From Alphaproteobacteria bacterium (lineage in GTDB: Bacteria > Pseudomonadota > Alphaproteobacteria > UBA7887), in the NCBI GenBank assembly GCA_965216755.1, contig CBDCGL010000011.1:4032001-4096000 (forward strand): a DNA stretch of 64,000 nucleotides, read 5' to 3'. Every line of letters starts with the position of its first letter. Position 1 is the first letter of the stretch. The notes beneath the pieces are model-generated. The model searched no databases. It saw nothing but the letters and a program-made list of their open reading frames with translations, and was not told where the DNA came from. Position numbers and translations under genes: made by a program. This document shows positions 1-9,752 of the stretch, piece by piece.

Positions 1-549
1 AGCGATCTGCTCAGCTTTGCCCGGGTGACCAGCCAGGCGCAGCCATTTGAACCCACCGACCTAAATGCGGTGGTGGCCGAGGTCTTATCTGACTTGGAAG
101 AGCGTATTCGCGACGAAAATGGCCGGGTCGATTTGAACGATTTGCCTGTTGTCGAGGCCGATCCCATTCAAATGCATCAGTTGCTGATGAACTTAATTGG
201 TAACGGATTGAAATTCCACGCGCCGGATCGGGCCCCCGTGGTCACGGTGGCCAATAAGATCGATCCGCCAGGTTTCGCCAACATTCTGGTTTCTGACAAC
301 GGGATCGGATTCGACGAGAAATATGCCGATCGCATCTTTCAGCCATTTCGTCGGCTGCGCGGCATGGGTGCCTACGAAGGCACCGGCATGGGCCTTGCGA
401 TCTGTCAGAAAATCGCGGTGCGTCATGGTGGTGGCATTCAAGTCAGAAGCGTGCCGGGCAAAGGAAGTCGCTTCTTGGTGACGCTGCCACTGACTCAGCC
501 GCGCGCGGATCGTGAAAGTGATCGGGAGCCTGTCGCCGCCCATGGTTGA
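1..549 (+). CDS. Sensor histidine kinase, C-terminal HATPase part (5' end outside window)
   Basis: Open frame from base 1 (SDLLSFARV...). N box NLIGNGLKF, G1 DNGIGF, F box IFQPF, G2 GTGMGLAI. Confidence 0.92.
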   Translation, partial: SDLLSFARVTSQAQPFEPTDLNAVVAEVLSDLEERIRDENGRVDLNDLPVVEADPIQMHQLLMNLIGNGLKFHAPDRAPVVTVANKIDPPGFANILVSDNGIGFDEKYADRIFQPFRRLRGMGAYEGTGMGLAICQKIAVRHGGGIQVRSVPGKGSRFLVTLPLTQPRADRESDREPVAAHG

Positions 550-1879
550 CGCGATGGTCGAAATCACGGCGATGGCGTCCGAGCCGATTAGCATCCTCTT
601 GGTCGAAGATGATCCGGATGATGTGGTTATTTTCGAATCCCTTCTGCGCACAATTGATTCACAGGGCCATCATGATTGGCAGCATGCCGATACTATCGCG
701 AGCGCCCGCGAACTGATCCGCGCGCGGCGCTACGATATGTGCTTTTTTGACTACCAGATTGGCGCTGAAACCGGCCTTGAGCTTCTGCGCATGATCAGGG
801 AGGAAGGCTATTCGCGTCCGGTGATCATGCTCACCGGCCATGGCGACGAAGCCGTCGCGGTCGATGCCATGAAGTCGGGCGCCAATGATTACCTGGTGAA
901 ACGTGGGCTCACCGCCGATCGTTTGGAAGCCGCTATTCGTCACGCCGTGCACTTGAACAGTGAAGCCGAACGCCGGCGGTTGGCGGAACTCGCCTTGCGG
1001 ACCTCGGAAGCGCGCTATCGCGACTTGGTCGAGCGTGTGCCCGTCATTGTGTGTGAATTGTCGGCCGATGGCGAAACCTTGTTCGTCAACGAAACGATCA
1101 CCGATGTGACCGGCTACGCGCCGGAAGACTTGGTCGGACGCGATTGGTGGCAGACACTGACACGCGATGATAGCGGCACGCAGGTGCCGCGGGTCCACGC
1201 GGCTCTTCGCGCCAACGATATCGATGCGTTTGAAATGACCATGCGGGGCAAGGATGGCCAGGACCTGACCATTGAATGGAAATCTGCCAACCGTTACGGG
1301 CGTGATGGCGGATTGGAAAATGTTCTGTGCATTGGCCTTGATGTTACCGAACGGGTGCGCTTGCGCGAGGAACTGCGCCTGATGGCAGTTCGTGACGAGC
1401 TCACCGGACTCAACAATCGGCGTGGCTTCATGGCCGTGGCCGAACAGCAATTGCGGTTGGCGGCGCGTGAAAAGACATCGATGTTGATGGTGTTTATCGA
1501 TGTTGATGGTCTCAAGACGATCAATGATCGCCTCGGCCATGCCGAAGGTGATCGGGCACTAACAGACTTGGCCGATCTCATGCGCGCGACATTTCGCACG
1601 TCTGACATTACAGGTCGCTTGGGCGGCGACGAGTTTGTGGCATTGCTTGCCGAACGCACGCTACACGGCGGCGACCTGGTGATTGACCGTTTGCAGGATC
1701 AGATCGATCGTTTCAACAGCCGCCGGGAGCGGCCCTATGTGCTCTCGGCAAGCATCGGCGTTGCCCGCTATGATCCCGAAAAGCCGGCATCGGTGAGCGA
1801 GCTTCTCAACCGTTCGGATACGGCCATGTACGAACAAAAGCAGCGCGGGCGAGCCCGCGACGTGGTGTTGGATTCGTAA
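542..1879 (+). CDS. REC-PAS-GGDEF diguanylate cyclase response regulator
   Basis: REC (LLVEDD, FDY, MLTG, YLVK), PAS (VNETITDVTGYAPEDLVG), intact GGDEF with RxxD I-site (RTSD). Start is 542 or 572. Confidence 0.92.
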   Translation: MVDAMVEITAMASEPISILLVEDDPDDVVIFESLLRTIDSQGHHDWQHADTIASARELIRARRYDMCFFDYQIGAETGLELLRMIREEGYSRPVIMLTGHGDEAVAVDAMKSGANDYLVKRGLTADRLEAAIRHAVHLNSEAERRRLAELALRTSEARYRDLVERVPVIVCELSADGETLFVNETITDVTGYAPEDLVGRDWWQTLTRDDSGTQVPRVHAALRANDIDAFEMTMRGKDGQDLTIEWKSANRYGRDGGLENVLCIGLDVTERVRLREELRLMAVRDELTGLNNRRGFMAVAEQQLRLAAREKTSMLMVFIDVDGLKTINDRLGHAEGDRALTDLADLMRATFRTSDITGRLGGDEFVALLAERTLHGGDLVIDRLQDQIDRFNSRRERPYVLSASIGVARYDPEKPASVSELLNRSDTAMYEQKQRGRARDVVLDS

Positions 1880-1908
1880 GCCGGCCAACGGCCCAACGGC
1901 ACTGTCGT

Positions 1909-2520
1909 TCAAGGACGCTGTGATCGGATCTTGGTCAATGGCCCGAGATTGAGCCAAGCGCGGCGTTTGCGCCCGGCGGCGGCGGCGCCAATGACTTCCA
2001 AATGATCATCCCCGATCGCGCGTGTCAGCGACGAATCCCCTCGCACGATATGAATCATGTCGGGCAACGTGCACGATAGGTAGAGATCGACATCATATCC
2101 CGGGTCTTGCAAACAGAGCTCGCAGCCGCCGTTTTCATTGACGAACCACCACATGGACTTTTCAGCCGGTTGGTCGACGATTACAAGCTGCACGACCGCC
2201 CGCGCAGGACCGAATGCGTCGGCTTTGACGTTCCGCTCCAAGCTCCAAATCAGCAATCCAAGGTCTATTTCATTGTCGGCCAACTCGCGCCGCGACCAGC
2301 GCTGGCCCCAAACGCCCAAAGCTTCGACCAGCGGGACGAACTCGCGCCCGTTTTGCGTCAGATGATAGGTGGCTTTCCCTTGATTCTTGCTATTGCGCCG
2401 ATCGATTACGCCTTCGGCTTCGAGCTGCTTCAAGCGGCGCGACAACAGCGTCGGTGACATCAGTGGCACGCCCCGGCGCAGTTCGGAAAAACGTGTCGCG
2501 CCGGCCGCCATGGCGCGCAT
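1909..2520 (-). pseudogene. HxlR-family wHTH regulator with SCP2-like C-terminus, N-terminally truncated
   Basis: ATRFSELRRGVPLMSPTLLSRRLKQLE...YHLT is typical of HxlR. The usual N-terminal CPVA..ERWT segment is absent upstream in all frames. Confidence 0.65.
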
Positions 2521-2700
2521 TTTGTCAGGGCTGTGAAAGCATCGACGCGCGCTGTTTCGACGATCACGAGGCCTGTCAGGCGACCTGTGCCAAAACCAAT
2601 GGATGCTGGTCGGGCTCCCTAATCCGCAACCTTCTGGACCGAGGTGGGGGACGATCGCTATAGTCCGAGCCCGCAACGGCATAACATTTCGGAGCCGGCC

Positions 2701-4011
2701 ATGGCCAAAACACCACGCGGATCCGTTACCGCAGAGCATGATCCGACTGCCGAAGGGGTCGACCGACGGCGTTTGTTGACCGGGAGTGTCGCGGCGGCGG
2801 GGGCGGCCGGGCTTTTGGCCGCGAGCCGCGCCATGCCGGCCACCGCGGCAGAGGCGATCGGCGAGAACCAGCCACCTTGGATGACAACGCCAGGGGAATC
2901 GTTTCGTATATACGGCAAACCGTCCGTCCACGAAGATGCCGTTGTTCGTACGGTCCTTCAGCCATATGGCGCGCTGGCGCCCGGCGCCGGCGTTGCGATG
3001 ACTCCCCTTCAATCTTTGAACGGCATCATCACGCCCAATGGTCTGCATTTTGAACGTAGCCACAATGGCATTCCACAAATCGATCCGGATGAGCACGAAT
3101 TTCTGATCCATGGTCTGGTGCGTCGGGCGCTCAAATTCCGGGTCGAGGATCTTGTCCGCTATGCCATGCAGTCCAGTCTTTATTTTATTGAGTGTTCAGG
3201 CAATAGTTTCTTTAACAGCAATCTGTTTCCTGAGCCGATGCAGGTGCCGGTGGGCATGATCCACGGCTTGGTTTCCGGTGCCGAATGGACCGGCGTGCCA
3301 TTGGCGGTGCTGCTGGACGAAGCCGGTGTGGAAGCGAACGGAAAATGGATTCTGGCGGAAGGTGCCGATGCGGCGGGCATGAGCCGCAGCGTGCCGATCG
3401 AAAAATGCTTAGATGACGCATTGATTGCATTCTATCAGAATGGTGAGCGCCTGCGGCCCGAACAAGGTTATCCCATGCGCCTGCTTTTGCCTGGTTGGGA
3501 AGGCAATATGAGCGTCAAATGGCTGCGGCGGATAAAGGTCACGGCCGGACCGACCCACACGAAAGATGAAACTTCGAAATATACCGACCTGATGCCCGAC
3601 GGCATGTCACGCCAGTTCACCTATACGATGGACGTGAAATCAACGATTACCCGTCCGGCGGGTGGCTTGACGATGACCGGAGCCGGCTTCTACGAAATCG
3701 CCGGTTTGGCGTGGTCGGGGCATGGCCGTATCAAACGCGTCGAAGTGTCCACGGACGGCGGGCAGCAATGGGTCGACGCACATCTTGACGCGCCGGTGCT
3801 ACCCAAGGCGTTGACGCGGTTTCGGGTTCCGTGGTCGTGGGATGGCGCGGGTGCCATACTGCAAAGCCGGGCGACCGACGAAAAAGGCAATGTGCAAGTA
3901 CCGCGAGACGTGTGGTCGCAGCAATATGCGAGCGGGCATCTCTATCATTGCAACGCAATTCAAAGTTGGCATGTACAACCTGACGGCAGTATCGAAAATG
4001 TTTACGCATAA
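2701..4011 (+). CDS. soxC: Sulfite/sulfane dehydrogenase molybdopterin subunit SoxC
   Basis: Tat signal RRRLL, ITPNGLHFERSH, IECSGN (Mo-ligand Cys), QNGERLRPEQGYP. Confidence 0.9.
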   Translation: MAKTPRGSVTAEHDPTAEGVDRRRLLTGSVAAAGAAGLLAASRAMPATAAEAIGENQPPWMTTPGESFRIYGKPSVHEDAVVRTVLQPYGALAPGAGVAMTPLQSLNGIITPNGLHFERSHNGIPQIDPDEHEFLIHGLVRRALKFRVEDLVRYAMQSSLYFIECSGNSFFNSNLFPEPMQVPVGMIHGLVSGAEWTGVPLAVLLDEAGVEANGKWILAEGADAAGMSRSVPIEKCLDDALIAFYQNGERLRPEQGYPMRLLLPGWEGNMSVKWLRRIKVTAGPTHTKDETSKYTDLMPDGMSRQFTYTMDVKSTITRPAGGLTMTGAGFYEIAGLAWSGHGRIKRVEVSTDGGQQWVDAHLDAPVLPKALTRFRVPWSWDGAGAILQSRATDEKGNVQVPRDVWSQQYASGHLYHCNAIQSWHVQPDGSIENVYA

Positions 4012-4525
4012 AATCGCGCTCGTTGCCGCGGTCTCGATTGGCGCCAGCAGTATCGCTTTGGCTGGCGCCGATCTGGGTCGCGAGGCGACACCGGAAGAGG
4101 TCGCCGCGTGGGACATCAGTGTTGCGCCGGACGGCGCCGATCTACCGCCGGGCAGTGGTACAGTCGGCGAAGGTCGGGTCGTCTATGAACGGAAATGTGA
4201 AACCTGTCACGGCAAGGGCGCGGTTGGTGGCGAGGGGCTAGCGGATCCGTTGGTCGGTGGCGCGGGGTCGCTCACAACCGATTCGCCGACCAAGACCGTC
4301 GGCAGCTTTTGGCCCCATGCGACGACCCTGTTCGACTATATCCGGCGGGCCATGCCATACAACGAACCGATGTCGCTGACCGACGACCAGGTCTATGCTT
4401 TGTGTGCATATATTTTGCATGAAAATGAAATTATCGACGCCGATGCGGTGATGACGGCTGACTCGTTGCCCAATGTGGCGATGCCCAACCGCGACGGGTT
4501 TATCAGCTACTGGCCGGAACCGTGA
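3998..4525 (+). CDS. soxD: SoxD-like monoheme cytochrome c
   Basis: Overlaps the soxC stop. Signal peptide, GREATPEEVAAWDI, CETCH, TLFDYIRRAMP. Confidence 0.85.
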   Translation: MFTHKIALVAAVSIGASSIALAGADLGREATPEEVAAWDISVAPDGADLPPGSGTVGEGRVVYERKCETCHGKGAVGGEGLADPLVGGAGSLTTDSPTKTVGSFWPHATTLFDYIRRAMPYNEPMSLTDDQVYALCAYILHENEIIDADAVMTADSLPNVAMPNRDGFISYWPEP

Positions 4526-4540
4526 TCGCCGGTTGCTGTG

Positions 4541-5128
4541 TCAACCGCCGTCATCGCCCAATAGGGCGCGCCGAAATCGGTGTTTCAGCCAGACGCCGTC
4601 ACGCGGCGGCAAGACCATTGGCGCCAGATCCTGGCTGACCAGCATATCTGCAAACAGCGGACCAGGCGCGTTGTGGACGGCATCGCGGAGAGAGTCAACG
4701 CCAGCCATATCGGTGATAAATCGGCTGTCATGAATACCGGCGCCGCGCGCCATGGCGACCAGATCAACGCCCGCGGCGACATGTGTTTTCTGGCGGCCGG
4801 TTTCGCCGTAAAGGCCATTGTTGCAGAGAACCACCGCGAGGTTCTCGGGTTGACGCACGGCGATGGTGGCCAAGCCGCCGAGGCCCATCAGCATTTCCCC
4901 ATCGCCGGTGACCACCAAAACCCGGCGCTCCGGCCGGGCGAGTGCTAGGCCAAGGCCGATCATGGCGGCGTTGCCCATGCCACCCCACAAGGGGAATGTC
5001 AGGTCGTTGTCACCCGCCGCGGTCGTATCCCAGGCGGTGCCACCGAGCCCGGCGATGACCAGCAGGTCGCCACGATCACGAAGAAGTTGTGCGACCGCTT
5101 GGCGTCGGTCAATGCGATTGTCTGTCAT
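4541..5128 (-). CDS. TPP-dependent decarboxylase beta subunit (ComE/phosphonopyruvate decarboxylase-like)
   Basis: GGMG and GDGE...NN TPP-binding motif in a short stand-alone domain, paired with an alpha subunit. Confidence 0.8.
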   Translation of the reverse strand: MTDNRIDRRQAVAQLLRDRGDLLVIAGLGGTAWDTTAAGDNDLTFPLWGGMGNAAMIGLGLALARPERRVLVVTGDGEMLMGLGGLATIAVRQPENLAVVLCNNGLYGETGRQKTHVAAGVDLVAMARGAGIHDSRFITDMAGVDSLRDAVHNAPGPLFADMLVSQDLAPMVLPPRDGVWLKHRFRRALLGDDGG

Positions 5129-5136
5129 GGCGACGA

Positions 5137-5667
5137 TTAGTCCTGAAAGCTCTTGGCGCCGATTAACCGTTGCGACAGCAAGATGGCGGTCGGTTGCCCC
5201 GCTTTGAACGCCAGTCCGGCCATGGCGTCGACCGCCCGCGCGACATCACCCGCCGCATCAACACGCACGCAGCGGACCTGAAGCGCCGCCAAGACGTCTT
5301 CCGTGGCGCGGCCCATCGGAACCTGCCATGGATTGCCTTCGCCCCACTCGCCGCGCATGGTCACCAACATCAGCAGCGGGAACTGGCAGGCGCTGGCGAT
5401 GGACGCGATGGCGTTAATGCAATTGCCGACGCCACTCGACTGCATCAGCAGGACGGCGCGCGCACCGCCGAGCCAGGCGCCCGCCGAGACACCGATGCCC
5501 TCTTCCTCGGTGGTCAGCGACACCATCTCCATGTCGGCGTCCTCGTCGCACAGGATCAGAAGACGGCTGTGGCCGGCGTCCGGGACGTAGGCGACTTGGC
5601 TAACGCCGTGTCGTTTCAGCGCATCGTGTATGGCCGCCGGCCAATCCAATTCTTGTGTTGTTGTCAT
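5137..5667 (-). CDS. TPP-dependent decarboxylase alpha subunit (ComD-like)
   Basis: YVPD, TTEEEGIG, LLMQSSGVGN, TMRGEWGE..PWQ motifs. Confidence 0.8.
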   Translation of the reverse strand: MTTTQELDWPAAIHDALKRHGVSQVAYVPDAGHSRLLILCDEDADMEMVSLTTEEEGIGVSAGAWLGGARAVLLMQSSGVGNCINAIASIASACQFPLLMLVTMRGEWGEGNPWQVPMGRATEDVLAALQVRCVRVDAAGDVARAVDAMAGLAFKAGQPTAILLSQRLIGAKSFQD

Positions 5668-5673
5668 GATCGT

Positions 5674-7110
5674 TCACGCCGCCGGCGAGGCGCGCCCATA
5701 TTTGTCGTCAAACCGCACGATGTCGTCTTCGCCGACATAGTTGCCGCACTGGACTTCGATGATTCGGAGCATGCCTTCTCCCGGATTTTCCAAGCGGTGC
5801 TTGGCGCCGACCGGAATAAATGTCGATTGATTGGACTCCAAATAGCGGATGTCGTCGTCACAGGTTGTGCGCGCGGTTCCTTCGACGACGATCCAATGCT
5901 CACTACGGTGATTATGCATTTGCAGGCTCAACGTGGCGCCCGGTTTGACGGCGATTTCCTTGATTTTGAAGCGCGGACCTTCGAGCAACACCTGAAACGA
6001 ACCCCAGGGGCGCGTTTCCGCCAGATGGCGTACCGCTTCTTGGCGTTTGTCGTTGCGCAGGCGGTCGACGACGGCGCGAATATCGTTGTCGGCGTTCATG
6101 CCGGCGACCAAAACCGCATCGGCAGTTTCCGTCACCACCACATTATCAAGCCCGGCGCAGGCGACCAGACGGCTATCGCCGTGAACCAGACAATTGTGGC
6201 TGCCGGCCAAGACCACATCGCCAAATGCAACATTACCGGCTTCGTCTTTTTGCTCGACTTCCCAAATCTTCAACCATGTGCCGACATCCGACCAGCGGGG
6301 ATCCACTGGCACCACCGCGACGCGATCGGATTGTTCCATCACCGCGGTATCAACCGGCGCCTTGGGAATTTTGCCATAGGCCTTGGTGTCGAACCGCACG
6401 GCGCCGGCGTCGAGGCGGCGGGCTTGGAACGTGTCTTGGGCACTGTCGTGGATATCGGCACGGTGGCGATGCAACTCCTCGATCAGGCGGTCGGCGCGAA
6501 ACACGAACATGCCGCTGTTCCACAGCACTTTGTCCGTGGCGATCAATGCCTCGGCCGTGGCCTGATCCGGCTTTTCAATAAAGCGGCCCACGGTCATGGC
6601 GCCTTTGACGCCCTTGAAGGGTTTGCCTTGCTCGATATAGCCATAGCCGGTTTCCGGCCGTGACGGGGCGATGCCGAACGTGACCAGCGCCCCGGCCGCA
6701 GCCGCTTTGGCGGCGGTCTTCAGCGCGGCCAGCAGGGCCGGCACGTCGCCGACGACGTGGTCGGCCGGCGCGACAAACAGCATGGCGTCGGCGTCTTGCT
6801 CCAATGCATAAAGCGCGGCCACAGCGATCGCCGCCGCCGTATTGCGCCCTTCCGGTTCCAGCAAAATGTGGTGGGTCAGGCTGCCATCAATCTCCGCCAA
6901 CTGATCGCGGACCGGGAAGTAGTGTACTTCGGTGGTTACCGTGATCACGTTCGATGGCGCGCCGGCCGTGCAGGCCCGATCGGCGGCCTGTTGGAGCAGC
7001 GATCGGCCACCAACCAAGTTTAGCAGTTGCTTGGGATAGATTTCGCGGCTCAATGGCCACAGACGCGTGCCCAAGCCGCCCGCGAGAAGAACGGGAAACA
7101 ATGTGCTCAT
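5674..7110 (-). CDS. manC: Mannose-1-phosphate guanylyltransferase / mannose-6-phosphate isomerase
   Basis: LAGGLGTRLWPLSR..PKQ, EPEGRNTA, RPWG, cupin LSLQMHNHRSEHW. Confidence 0.93.
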   Translation of the reverse strand: MSTLFPVLLAGGLGTRLWPLSREIYPKQLLNLVGGRSLLQQAADRACTAGAPSNVITVTTEVHYFPVRDQLAEIDGSLTHHILLEPEGRNTAAAIAVAALYALEQDADAMLFVAPADHVVGDVPALLAALKTAAKAAAAGALVTFGIAPSRPETGYGYIEQGKPFKGVKGAMTVGRFIEKPDQATAEALIATDKVLWNSGMFVFRADRLIEELHRHRADIHDSAQDTFQARRLDAGAVRFDTKAYGKIPKAPVDTAVMEQSDRVAVVPVDPRWSDVGTWLKIWEVEQKDEAGNVAFGDVVLAGSHNCLVHGDSRLVACAGLDNVVVTETADAVLVAGMNADNDIRAVVDRLRNDKRQEAVRHLAETRPWGSFQVLLEGPRFKIKEIAVKPGATLSLQMHNHRSEHWIVVEGTARTTCDDDIRYLESNQSTFIPVGAKHRLENPGEGMLRIIEVQCGNYVGEDDIVRFDDKYGRASPAA

Positions 7111-7171
7111 ATCGATGAACTTAGCCCTCAGCGGTTGGATCTTGATAACGAAATAGGTTCTATCTGCGTCG

Positions 7172-8797
7172 CTATGAACGGCCGACGCCGGCGGCAGGAA
7201 CACCGCGCAACGCTTCGACTTGGCGCCGATAGCCCGTCGGATCAACCGTGGCGTCGATCAGCGCCGGGCCATCTTCGGCAAAGGCCTGTGTCAGTGCGGC
7301 TTCGAGCGCACTTTCATTGTCTACCCGCCGGGCGCGACAACCAAACCCTTTGGCGATCTGGGCAAAATCAGATCGCGGATAGCGTACCCCACGTGTCGGG
7401 AAGCCACGTTGCTGTTGCTTCAGGTCGATCAATGACAATGCCGCATCGTTGAATACCACGACCACGATGCGGGCTTTTTCGCGCGCCGCCGTTGCCAATT
7501 CGCCGACGCACATTGTCAATCCGCCATCGCCGGTTATCGCCAGGGTCGGCCGGGCCGGCGTTTCCAACGCCGCGGCAATCGCCGCGGGAAGTGCAAAGCC
7601 CATGGTCGACAAACCATTGGAAATCAGGACATCGTTTGGCGCACGCGCCGGCCACATCGCCATCGGCGCCAACATGTGCGCGCCCGCGTCAACCGCGAGT
7701 CGTGTTTCGCGGGGTGCACACGCAGCCGCCAGCCGGACGATGGCTTGAGGCGCCAAGCCCACAGCAGCACCGTCGCTGTCGGGCAACGCCATCGGCCCGG
7801 GACGGTCGTCCCAATTCGCCGCGTGACCGGCGTTCTGAAGAGTGGCCAGGCTTTCGGCAAGTGGGCCAATCACCGTGGCCGTTGGTGTGCAGTAGTGCGG
7901 CTGTTCGGCGACCTCGGTGATATTCAGCACCTTCATGTCATAGGGCCAAGGCGACGCAATCAGCTCCACCGGGTCGACCCCGCAAAGCAGCAACAAATCC
8001 GCGTCGGCGAGCCACGGCGCTTCGCGTTGCCCGCCGGTGAACAATCCCGCATGCAGGGGATCGCCATCGGCGAAAACGCCCTTCGCTTTGTAGGTGGTCA
8101 TGACAGGACAGGCGAGCGCGCGCGTGAACGCCGCGATGGCCCCCGCGCATGCCGAGTTACGTGCCTGCAAGCCCACGACCATCGCCGGCCTGCGCGCACC
8201 GGCAAGCAATCGCCGGGCGTGCGCGATCTCGCCGCCTGGTTGGCCGTCGGTTGGCGCCGGGCGCGCGACAGCGCCACCATCGGCTGCTGCGCTCGCAACG
8301 GCGGCCGACATTTCGACGTGGACCGGGCCGGACGGTGCCGCGAGTGCCGTGTCGAGCATTTGTGCTAGGCGATCAGCCGACGACTGGACGGTCATACACG
8401 TTTGCGCTTTCGTCACCGGCCGCATCAGCGCCGCCTGGTCAAAACGTTGGTGGCTGACAAAATCGGCGTCGGGTCGGTGATAACCGTCGGTCAGCACCAG
8501 CATCGGTGCGCGATCCAAGTATCCATAGGCGACGCCATTGACCGCGCTTGCCGTGCCGGGCCCAAGTCCGGTTGAGACGACACCGGGTGCGTTGCTCAGT
8601 TCGCCGGTGACCGCCGCCATGATCGCGGCCGCGGTTTCCGTGTGGGTCAAAACAAAAGCGATGTCCCGCGCGGCGCAAGCATCGATCAGTTCCAGGCTGG
8701 AACCACCACCGGGCACGCCGAAAATGCGGCGGACCCCGTAGCTATGAAGAGTGGCCGCGAGGGTATCCGCGACGGTCCCATGCTGCGATTTGCTCAT
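7172..8797 (-). CDS. TPP-binding enzyme, acetolactate synthase-like superfamily, substrate unknown
   Basis: FGVPGGG, GPG, ISNGLSTMGFALP, GDGG...ND. Start MSKSQH overlaps the upstream stop. Confidence 0.85.
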   Translation of the reverse strand: MSKSQHGTVADTLAATLHSYGVRRIFGVPGGGSSLELIDACAARDIAFVLTHTETAAAIMAAVTGELSNAPGVVSTGLGPGTASAVNGVAYGYLDRAPMLVLTDGYHRPDADFVSHQRFDQAALMRPVTKAQTCMTVQSSADRLAQMLDTALAAPSGPVHVEMSAAVASAAADGGAVARPAPTDGQPGGEIAHARRLLAGARRPAMVVGLQARNSACAGAIAAFTRALACPVMTTYKAKGVFADGDPLHAGLFTGGQREAPWLADADLLLLCGVDPVELIASPWPYDMKVLNITEVAEQPHYCTPTATVIGPLAESLATLQNAGHAANWDDRPGPMALPDSDGAAVGLAPQAIVRLAAACAPRETRLAVDAGAHMLAPMAMWPARAPNDVLISNGLSTMGFALPAAIAAALETPARPTLAITGDGGLTMCVGELATAAREKARIVVVVFNDAALSLIDLKQQQRGFPTRGVRYPRSDFAQIAKGFGCRARRVDNESALEAALTQAFAEDGPALIDATVDPTGYRRQVEALRGVPAAGVGRS

Positions 8798-9714
8798 AGG
8801 CGCGGCGTTTCCACGCCGATGGCATCGCACGCCGCGTCGAGCAAGACCGACATATCTTTGTTGTCGAATTCCGGGTGCCCGCAAACGGCATCGATTGCGG
8901 CGAGCGCGGCCTGTCCGGTCGCCAAAGGTACGGTGTGGGCGTTTCCCTCTTCGACCGCCAACGAGAGGTCCTTGGCGGCCATGGCCAGGGTGAAGCCGGG
9001 CGATAGGTCGCCGGCCAAGGTCTTGGTCGGCCAGGTCTCGGTCAAATGTCCGTTGTTGGCCGTGGTCTGCGTCAGCACGCGAAGCAGGGTCGTCATGGAC
9101 AAGCCCAGGCCCGCGGCGAACGCCAAGGCCTCCGCACAAAGCTGTCCCGTCGCCACCGCCAGATAGGCATTGATCAGTTTTGTGCGGATACCGGTGCCAA
9201 CGGGTCCGCAATGGTGAACCGAACCACCCATGATCTCGAGCAGCGGGCGTAGTCGAGAGACATCCGCGGCGGCGCCGCCGACCATGAACAAGGATTCGCC
9301 ACGCGCCGCGTCGGCCACCGTGCCGCCGACCGCGGCATCGACAAATCCAATACCGTCAGCGGCCAATTCGCGCGCCAGACGATCGGTGATCGAAGGTGCG
9401 ATCGTGCTCATATCGACGACCAAAGCACCCGGCCGGGCATGATGGCGCAAACCTTGGTCACCGAGCACGCAGGCGACCACGTCGGGGGCATCTGGCAGCA
9501 TGGTCAGCACGACATCGGCACGCTGGGCCATACCGGCGATGTCGTCGACGGCTTCGGCCCCGGCGGCGCGTAGGGCCCCCGCCTTGACCGGCTGCACGTC
9601 GTGAACGACCAACGGCACGTTCGCACGCTGTAAATTCAGCGCCATGGGCAGGCCCATATTGCCCAAGCCCACAAATCCGATTGTTTCCAGCCCGGCCTCC
9701 TCGCGATTCGACAT
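8794..9714 (-). CDS. Beta-hydroxyacid dehydrogenase, YihU (sulfolactaldehyde reductase)-like
   Basis: GLGNMG Rossmann motif, DMST, GIRTKLIN (catalytic Lys), WPTKTLAGDLSPGF resembling YihU. Confidence 0.85.
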   Translation of the reverse strand: MSNREEAGLETIGFVGLGNMGLPMALNLQRANVPLVVHDVQPVKAGALRAAGAEAVDDIAGMAQRADVVLTMLPDAPDVVACVLGDQGLRHHARPGALVVDMSTIAPSITDRLARELAADGIGFVDAAVGGTVADAARGESLFMVGGAAADVSRLRPLLEIMGGSVHHCGPVGTGIRTKLINAYLAVATGQLCAEALAFAAGLGLSMTTLLRVLTQTTANNGHLTETWPTKTLAGDLSPGFTLAMAAKDLSLAVEEGNAHTVPLATGQAALAAIDAVCGHPEFDNKDMSVLLDAACDAIGVETPRL

Positions 9715-9752
9715 GCCCGTACATAACGGGCGCGGCTTGGTTATCGGCGGTG

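Noticed and set aside
2521-3111. Long N-terminal extension of the HxlR ORF in the track
   Set aside because: Antisense to soxC with no protein-like features.
5170-6663. 497-aa plus-strand ORF, and similar long shadow ORFs (659-1540, 9972-10910, 52768-53922, 62296-63357)
   Set aside because: Antisense to well-supported genes, no motifs, and expected at high GC.
7172-8797. Calling the TPP enzyme Xsc or IlvB
   Set aside because: Lacks the Xsc-type N-terminal signature and the ALS RHEQ motif, so left unassigned.
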